The notes beneath the pieces were generated by a model. That model worked only from the letters and a program-made list of their open reading frames with translations. It searched no databases and was not told the origin of the DNA. Position numbers and translations under genes: made by a program. This document shows, piece after piece, positions 56,688 to 64,000 of a stretch of DNA of 64,000 nucleotides. Origin of the DNA: the human T2T-CHM13v2.0 reference genome, Homo sapiens. Location: the NCBI RefSeq assembly GCF_009914755.1, contig NC_060930.1; one strand, given 5' to 3'. Every line of letters starts with the position of its first letter. Positions within the stretch are counted from its first letter, which is position 1.

Positions 56688-57345
56688 ATATGGAAATCAT
56701 CCGGCCTTTTACAGGTACAAGACGAAGACTGGCAATGCTCTTCCTATGTTTTATGTCTATGATTCCTATATTACCAAGCCTGAAAAATGGGCCAATCTGT
56801 TAACCACCTCAGGGTCTCGGAGTATTCGCAATTCTCCTTATGATGGACTGTTTATTGCCCTTCTGGTAGAAGAAAAACATAAGTATGATATTCTTCAAAG
56901 TGGTTTTGATGGAATTTACACATATTTTGCCACAAATGGCTTTACTTATGGCTCATCACATCAGAATTGGGCTAGCCTAAAATTATTTTGTGATAAATAC
57001 AACTTAATATTTATCCCAAGTGTGGGCCCAGGATACATAGATACCAGCATCCGTCCATGGAACACGCAAAACACTCGGAACCGAATCAATGGGAAGTATT
57101 ATGAAATTGGTCTGAGTGCCGCACTTCAGACACGCCCCAGCTTAATTTCTATCACCTCTTTTAATGAGTGGCATGAAGGAACTCAGATTGAAAAAGCTGT
57201 TCCCAAAAGAACCAGTAATACAGTGTACCTAGATTACCGTCCTCATAAACCAGGTCTTTACCTAGAACTGACTCGCAAGTGGTCTGAAAAATACAGTAAG
57301 GAAAGAGCAACTTATGCATTAGATCGCCAGCTGCCTGTTTCTTAA
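56688..57345 (+). CDS. MANEA: MANEA coding exon 5: catalytic C-terminal part of the GH99 domain, stop TAA 57343-57345
   Basis: Acceptor ttctAG 56686-56687; motifs FIPSVGPGY and ITSFNEWHEGTQIE (E404 at 57166-57168, E407 at 57175-57177). 544+110+77+658 = 1389 nt = 462 aa + stop. Confidence 0.97.
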
Positions 57346-59612
57346 TGCATTGATTAAAGTTTAATAGTTATCAAAATCACCTAATTTTTAAAAATAGCTT
57401 TCGTTTTGAGTTCTGGAAAGAAAACTGTCAAAATCAGTATATACTATTAGTTATATTTAAAAATATTTTTTTAAATTCTTTACAGATAATATTATACTTG
57501 TTACCCTTCACAATACCACATGAGAAAATATCTGAGACAAAATGTATACAAATATATTCCTTATGGCATAATTTATTGCATTTCTGACTGAAATCAAAAT
57601 TCTGATTTGATGGCAATTGAATTTTCATTTTACAATAGATAAATGCTTGTGCTACCTAAAGCACTTAGCACACAGTTAAATTATATTTACATCCTAGACC
57701 CAAATAAATAGGATTGTGTGTATATTTGGGATATCTATTGAAGAAAAAAAGAAAACCCCTTAAAGATAATGTACATGCTTCATGTCATGTCTTTAAAATA
57801 ATTTAATCAACTTTATTGTCTTAGTATTTAGACTCTGGATAACTCTACAATAATGAGGAAATTCTTAAGAATAACAAAATCACTGTACCTTCCTCTCAAT
57901 TTTGCTGTGAACCTGAAATGGCTTTAAATTAATACTCTTATTTTTTATTTAATTTAATTACATAAATTAAACCTTACCATGACCAAATTGTGTTAGGACG
58001 GCCTGCTATCTACAGCACAGTGTGTCATTTGCAGATTTGTGGTTACCTATACCACGCTAGGTGTTTTGACATGTTTAGTATTTCTGCTTTACAGTGCTGA
58101 ATTCCATATTTTAGAAGCTATGAAAGTCCTTTTATGAAAAAGTTACTGATTGCTTCTCAGTTATTAGGAAAACAGTTGTTTCACAATTATTATGTAGATA
58201 TGATGCCCAAATATCATTTTTAGTATATCTTGTCGATCTTTAAGTTGTTACTATTGTGTTATTCATGTCTTTAAATCAGATACCAAATATTTTTTAGGAA
58301 AGAAAAATGTTATTACTGTCATTAGGTTGTCTTTTAATACTTTAAGTTATTTTGACGAAAAGTAATAGAGAAAATTTACTTAGCATTTTAGATTCTAGAG
58401 ACATGGAAATGAAAATTATTTTATGTCTAGAGTAGGTCCTGAAGTTTGGCTTTACATTAAGTTTAGCACTGTATCAGAATGAAGAAACTAATATTTTACA
58501 TAAAAACTAATACTTTCAATTTTTTATATAGTAATATCCCCATTTTGTAAATGTTAGACTTTTATCATACCTGTAAGTTAAAATACTTGTTATCAATAAC
58601 TTGTCATGTTGTGACAAATTGATCACTTGTGTACGAAAAATAAATCTCCTTAAAAACTAAATAAAATGCACTGTATTCTTACAGTTAATGTTTATAACTA
58701 TAGTAAAAAATTAATATATATCCTATTACATAAATGTTATTTCTTAGGTGTTCCATTAAGAAGAGCAATAGAATAATGCTAAAAAATAATGCCTATAAAT
58801 CTTCAGAGTATAAAGACATCCATTCAGAAACAAAAATTAGCACTAAATTTTTTATAAAATAGACCAGATGACAAAATTTATTTTATTTTTAAACAGTGGT
58901 TTTGACACAAATTATGTTATTGAAAAGCATTATTAATGTTTAATTTATTTAAAATTTTGGAATTTGCCATTTCTCAGAGAATGATCAGGCCTTAGGAAAT
59001 TAATACAGTAGTAGTAATCATTTTCTAGGGGAAAATAAAAGAATAAATCACTATACTGATATTTTGATACAAGCAAGCACTTACATGGTAATCACTATAT
59101 AGATCCAACCTGTGGATTTTCTTCTTATGTCCATTTAACTAGAATATATTATTTTAGGTATAATTTACAAATGTCACACCTAATAATCTTTTATAATATA
59201 CCATATTTCATTAAAGTTTTGTTAGAGAAGTATCTACCACAGAGGAGTTTTTGTCATTGTGTACGTTGTGTATTTGAACCCACCATGACAGAAAGTAAAT
59301 TTTAGGAAATAGTTATGAGATTAAGGGAAAATCTATAAAAACAAGGTTAGCATATTCTCAACACAGATACCACCACTTTCTTTTTCCCATTATAGACATG
59401 GTGAATCCACACAGCATACTTCATCTCTGAGCTTTGTTGTGATTCCTCAACACATTACCCTAACCAGCCAGCAGTAACAGATTTCAGAGTAAGATAAAGC
59501 AGATTCTGTCTTCATTGCAAAAAGTTATTCTCAATGGAAGAATGGCATCTGATCTCATAATTACTAGTTTATATTAATATAGTTTTTTTCTCCCTTTTTA
59601 ATAAAATAATTA

Positions 59613-59921
59613 CAGTCATCCCTCAGTGTCTGTGGGGGATTGGTTCCAGTTACCCCTATAGATACCAAAATCTGCAGATGCTCAAGTCCCTGATATAAAC
59701 TGGCATAGTAGTTGCATATAATCTATGCACATCCTCCTGTATACATTAAGTCATCTCTAGATTATTTATAACACTTAATACAATGTAAATGCTATGTAGT
59801 TGTTATACCATACTGGTTAGTGAATAATTACATGAAAAAAAAGAGTCTGTACATCTTCAGAGTTTCAGTCGGCAATTTCTTGGCCATGGATGTAGAACCT
59901 ACAGATAAGGTGAGCCAACTG
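59613..59921. mobile_element. MER2 (TcMar-Tigger) inside the MANEA 3'UTR
   Basis: TA|CAGTCATCCCTCAGTGTCTGTGGGGGATTGGTTCCAG...GAACCTACAGATAAGGTGAGCCAACTG. Confidence 0.85.
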
Positions 59922-60364
59922 CATTAGGAAATAACTCTAATAATTCTGTTAATTCTTAGAGAGGAAAACTTTCAAAATCTTCCTCAGGTATTTATTACAA
60001 CTGCCTTTACCATTTTAGTTGTAACACAGTTTAAATTGTTATGATAACAAGTAAATAAGAGCAAAGAATTTATTTCTTAATTCAAAACTATACGTTTGAA
60101 TTCAATATGGTATAACTTAAAGTGGTATAATACATACAATGCATGAATCATAATGGATTCTTTTATAAGTTATTAATTTTTATGGTTTAATCAGTCTAAT
60201 TGTTTTGACTGTTATAGAAACCAAATATTTTACTGTTTCTTTTAAGGACTAATATTGTCAAAAACTGCTGTTATTAACTTCACTTGAGTTGTTTAACTTC
60301 CTTCTGTTTTAAGATTGTAATTAAAAATTACTATTTTGTTATATGGAATGGTTAATTTTTACCT

Positions 60365-60370
60365 AATAAA
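60365..60370 (+). terminator. Probable distal polyadenylation signal AATAAA of MANEA
   Basis: Canonical hexamer about 3 kb after the stop, with U-rich flanks. Confidence 0.65.
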
Positions 60371-62078
60371 AACATAGATGAAATACATTGTATTTTAGAT
60401 ATTAAAGTCTATCATTTCTCTTTATGAAATGTCTTATTTGATTTCCGATTAACAAATGAAAAGGAGTATCCAGTCATCATTCTTTATGTTTTCTCTTTTG
60501 AGATATGCAGCACTTACAAAGTGGATATCTTTAACTGCACATACTTTTTAAATCTATAAACTTGTGTTAGGTTAATATACACACATACATGCACACAAAG
60601 TTTTTATTTTTTTTCATTTGAGAGCTGTTTTTCTATTTTTTTTTCTTCTTTGGGTATAATCATATATTAGCTCCAACATCCGTTAGGAAATTAATCTTCT
60701 AAAACAGCAAAGTAACAAAGCAGTAGAGAACTTACCAAGTTCATGCACTTTTTCAAACTGACCACAGTTAGCCCGTTTAAACATGACTCTACAGTGCTTA
60801 CAGAAACAGTCTTTAAAAATCTACATTTAAAATTTGAATTACACTGTCACATACCATAGTGAAGAAAAGCAATAATTTACAACCAGCAAGATTTCAGTTA
60901 TTTTTGAAATATTTATAATTTCTAAATGAAAACTTGATGTAGCCACAAGCAAAAAGGCTTTATGGCTCAAAGCATTACTTTTTAAATATTAAAATATTAA
61001 TAAAATTTAAAAATTATACTAACATTTTTAGTCTTTAAAAAAATGTACTCCAAATTAAATTTTATACTATGTTGTTGTATATTCACATAAAGGCTAAATA
61101 TTATTGTGGGTTTGTTGCCAGATTATTATCCTTGAGAATTTAGGTACTATTTTGGCTTAATTACCTTATAGAGACTCATTCATGCTTAGTCAAATCAAAG
61201 AACTGAGTAGTAGCGCTGTTATATTCCAACTATCAATGAAGGGAGGAACATTTTTTCAAAGTGATTAGCTTTTTTAGTTGTTGTTATGTCATTACTACTT
61301 ACGGTATCAGACAAAGTAAGGGCTAATGAGCAAAAATAGTCACACATCTACAATTTATTGAAATCAAAACATAATGGCACTTTTATATTGGATATTCTAT
61401 ATTTCATTTAAAAGATACTGAATTTCAGGTTTCTCAGGTTACATTAAATTACCCATAAATTTTACCATAAAGTCAAAAAATCTTTAGAAGCTAAACCCCA
61501 TATAAATATTTTATGATAGAAGAGAATGATGCCCTCTAGTACGATAAAACTGCTTACAATTCAACTTATGGTATATGACTGTATTATGCTTTTGTGTTTT
61601 TGTTTTTAAAAATAATAGGTTAAAAATCTGAGCAAAGATCACTATCAGCAACACAATAAGCATTATGAGCTACTCAATTATATTTAGAATAAATGATTAC
61701 AATTATGTTATTGTATAAAAGTGCTTTTGAGTTTTACCAAAAGCCATTATCAAAACGCTGTAGTTGTGTTAATTTGATAATAGAGTCTAATATAATACAA
61801 ATTTTGCCCTGAAATTGCCTTGAAAATATCAAATACAAAAAAAAAAGAAAAATCTATTTGGAAGAAATTCAGCCGAAATGCATGTAGTAAACTTTAGAAA
61901 TTTTTATGTTTGAACACAGTCACGTAAAAGAGTAGCATGCCACAATTTTTAAAAAAGATATTAGATAGGATTTAGTTTTTCCGCTCTGTTAAAATACTAT
62001 GCATCTCTTCGGGGTTAGAAAACAAATTAATAGAAACCCTTAATCTTGTAAAACTGAAACATTAAGAAAACACCAATT

Positions 62079-62126
62079 ATAGATAGATGATAGATGGATG
62101 GATAGATAGACAGATAGATGGATAGA
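62079..62126. repeat. (TAGA/TGGA)n tetranucleotide microsatellite
   Basis: ATAGATAGATGATAGATGGATGGATAGATAGACAGATAGATGGATAGA. Confidence 0.85.
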
Positions 62127-62429
62127 ATTGTGTTAACTACTCAAGCCTACCATTGGCAAGTAAAAACATCCCTTCATTAAATATTGTTTGTGGTTACATA
62201 AAGAAGTGTTTCCAGAGAAAAGCCTCTTGAAATATTCTTTTTCTTGAAAAATTAATTGTTTTTTAAGGTCAGAAACCAAATGGGAACAAGAATTGGCAGT
62301 ATGCTGCATTTATTTTTATATACGTGAAAACAATATAAAGGATAACAAATGCTATTTCAGTTATTTCTATCTTGAGAGATACAGAAAATAAGAAAAATTT
62401 CATTAACCGGAGAAAAGAACCATTAAATG

Positions 62430-63090
62430 TTGAAACAGAAACTAAACAAATAACATATATCATTAAAAAGTAGTTAATATTAAGAATGTATCTGCCATAA
62501 CCAAAAAATATAAGGGAACATTCCTCATGAGGCTGGTATAGCATAACGCCAAAATAAAATCATAGGACCATGTCATTTATTCACATAGATAGCAAAATTC
62601 TAATACGAGCAAATCAAATACCACAGTGTAAAGAAAAGCTGCCATGATCAAGTTGAAGTTAGTCTAGATTGAAAGAAGTGCTTTAACATGAGAAAAGCAA
62701 TGAATTACATTAACAACAGACTAAAGGTAAAGTGTTGTGGTGAAGAATTGATAAAATTCAATATTTGTACATGTTTACTCTTGGCAAATTAGAAACAGGA
62801 ACATTTTTAATCTGAAAAAGGATATCTACCAAAAACCCTACAGCAAGTATCATAATTAGCAGTAAAACTTGCCATTTTTCTCTTTGAGATAGGGAACCAA
62901 GCAAGGCTGCCCATTTTCATGAATGCTACCCAACATTGTAGTGGAGTCCTAGCCACTGCAGTAAAGCAGGAATGATTTAGTGAATGAAATACTTTTTACG
63001 TATAAAATTCGAAATAATCTACAAATAAATTAGAGTATTTAGCAAGTGTTATGTACAGTCCTATAGAAAAATCAGTTATAAAATCTCACA
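62430..63090 (+). mobile_element. Ancient L1M ORF2 remnant
   Basis: CATGAGGCTGGTATAGCAT...GAATTGATAAAATTCAA...CAACATTGTAGTGGAGTCCTAGCC. Confidence 0.65.
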
Positions 63091-64000
63091 AAGTTCCCTT
63101 ATGAAATTTAAAATCAAAAGGAAGTTTAGATTAAAGCTATTTTTTGCATATACTAAATTTATTGAATGCTGCTTTTCTATATATCATTTTTAATTACCCA
63201 GTCTTAAATATTAGCCACATGGCAGAATATTCAGTCATTAATATTAAAATGGAACAGTCTAATCTCTGATTTTATGTAAAAAATTAACTGCAATTATGAA
63301 TGTTTGCTAAATTCTTACTTGAAAATCTGCTTTGCTGTAATATTTAGGTAAAGTACATTATTGAAAATTGCTCTTATTAGGTATCTTATAAATATCTTAA
63401 AAATATTTAGCGGTAATCACTATATGAACAGTAACTGAGCTCAAATTCTCCTATTTTTCCACCTATTAGTATTATGTGTTGGTAGCTAAAGACTTAAATT
63501 AATCCCCAGATGAAATATTCTGGTAATGCAACACTATTTTCTCATTTTTTTCCTTGATTCATTCTTAATTAGCGTTTACATAAAGGTTCCTGTTATTAGA
63601 ATACAGTCACTGTCTTTGCAAAAAGGATTTGAAGTATTTTTCTACAAAGGTAAATATTACAAAATTAATATATAAATAATGATGGATGGAATTTTTTAAA
63701 AGAATTCCTATATATAGTGCTGGTGGTATGTATGGTTGAGTACACGTTTGTAATTGAGCTTCCTGGTAGTCAGTCCAAGAGGCTATATGGCTCTTTCTGC
63801 CAGAAAAAAAGCACTTCCTTTCCCATTGGAGGCAAACTTTACCTTGTCAATACATTTTAACATAAATTTCTCAAGTAGAAATTACACCTAGGGTCAAAAA
63901 TGCAAATGGTTATGGGAACCTGTCAGGGAATGTAAGTGAATTCATCAGGTTTAAAACCTTAGAGAGTCCCAGGGACTGTGGACAATTCTCACCTAAAAGG

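Larger units (their letters stand above)
57346..60390 (+). other. MANEA: MANEA long AU-rich 3'UTR (end approximate)
   Basis: Follows the stop in the terminal exon; several AATAAA, with a distal one at 60365-60370 followed by U-rich sequence. Confidence 0.75.

Overview
Human genomic DNA (an AluYb8 copy matching the consensus as I recall it points to Homo sapiens) containing the complete MANEA gene on the + strand. MANEA is the Golgi glycoprotein endo-alpha-1,2-mannosidase of family GH99. It has a CpG-island promoter (~28.25-29.13 kb) and a non-coding exon 1 ending at 28588. Coding exons are 37381-37924, 47678-47787, 55767-55843 and 56688-57345, which sum to 1389 nt = 462 aa + stop with GT-AG sites and consistent phases. 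The catalytic E404/E407 lie in NEWHE, and the ~3 kb 3'UTR ends near the AATAAA at 60365. The upstream 28 kb is repeat-rich and has no credible protein-coding gene; from memory it hosts the divergent lncRNA MANEA-DT/AS1. Repeats include Alus, a truncated L1PA, old L1M, L2, MIR, MLT1, MER DNA transposons and two HERV-K solo LTRs (LTR5 and MER11). Repeat subfamily calls are from recalled consensus sequences and need RepeatMasker/Dfam confirmation. I see no new multi-gene system. The best leads cluster on exon 2: a back-spliced 582-nt circle would have a stop-free endless ORF, two uORFs bracket the start codon, a donor read-through isoform ends in a microsatellite-encoded tail, and a sense MER11 LTR sits 1.5 kb upstream. 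These are sequence-based hypotheses, not demonstrated functions.
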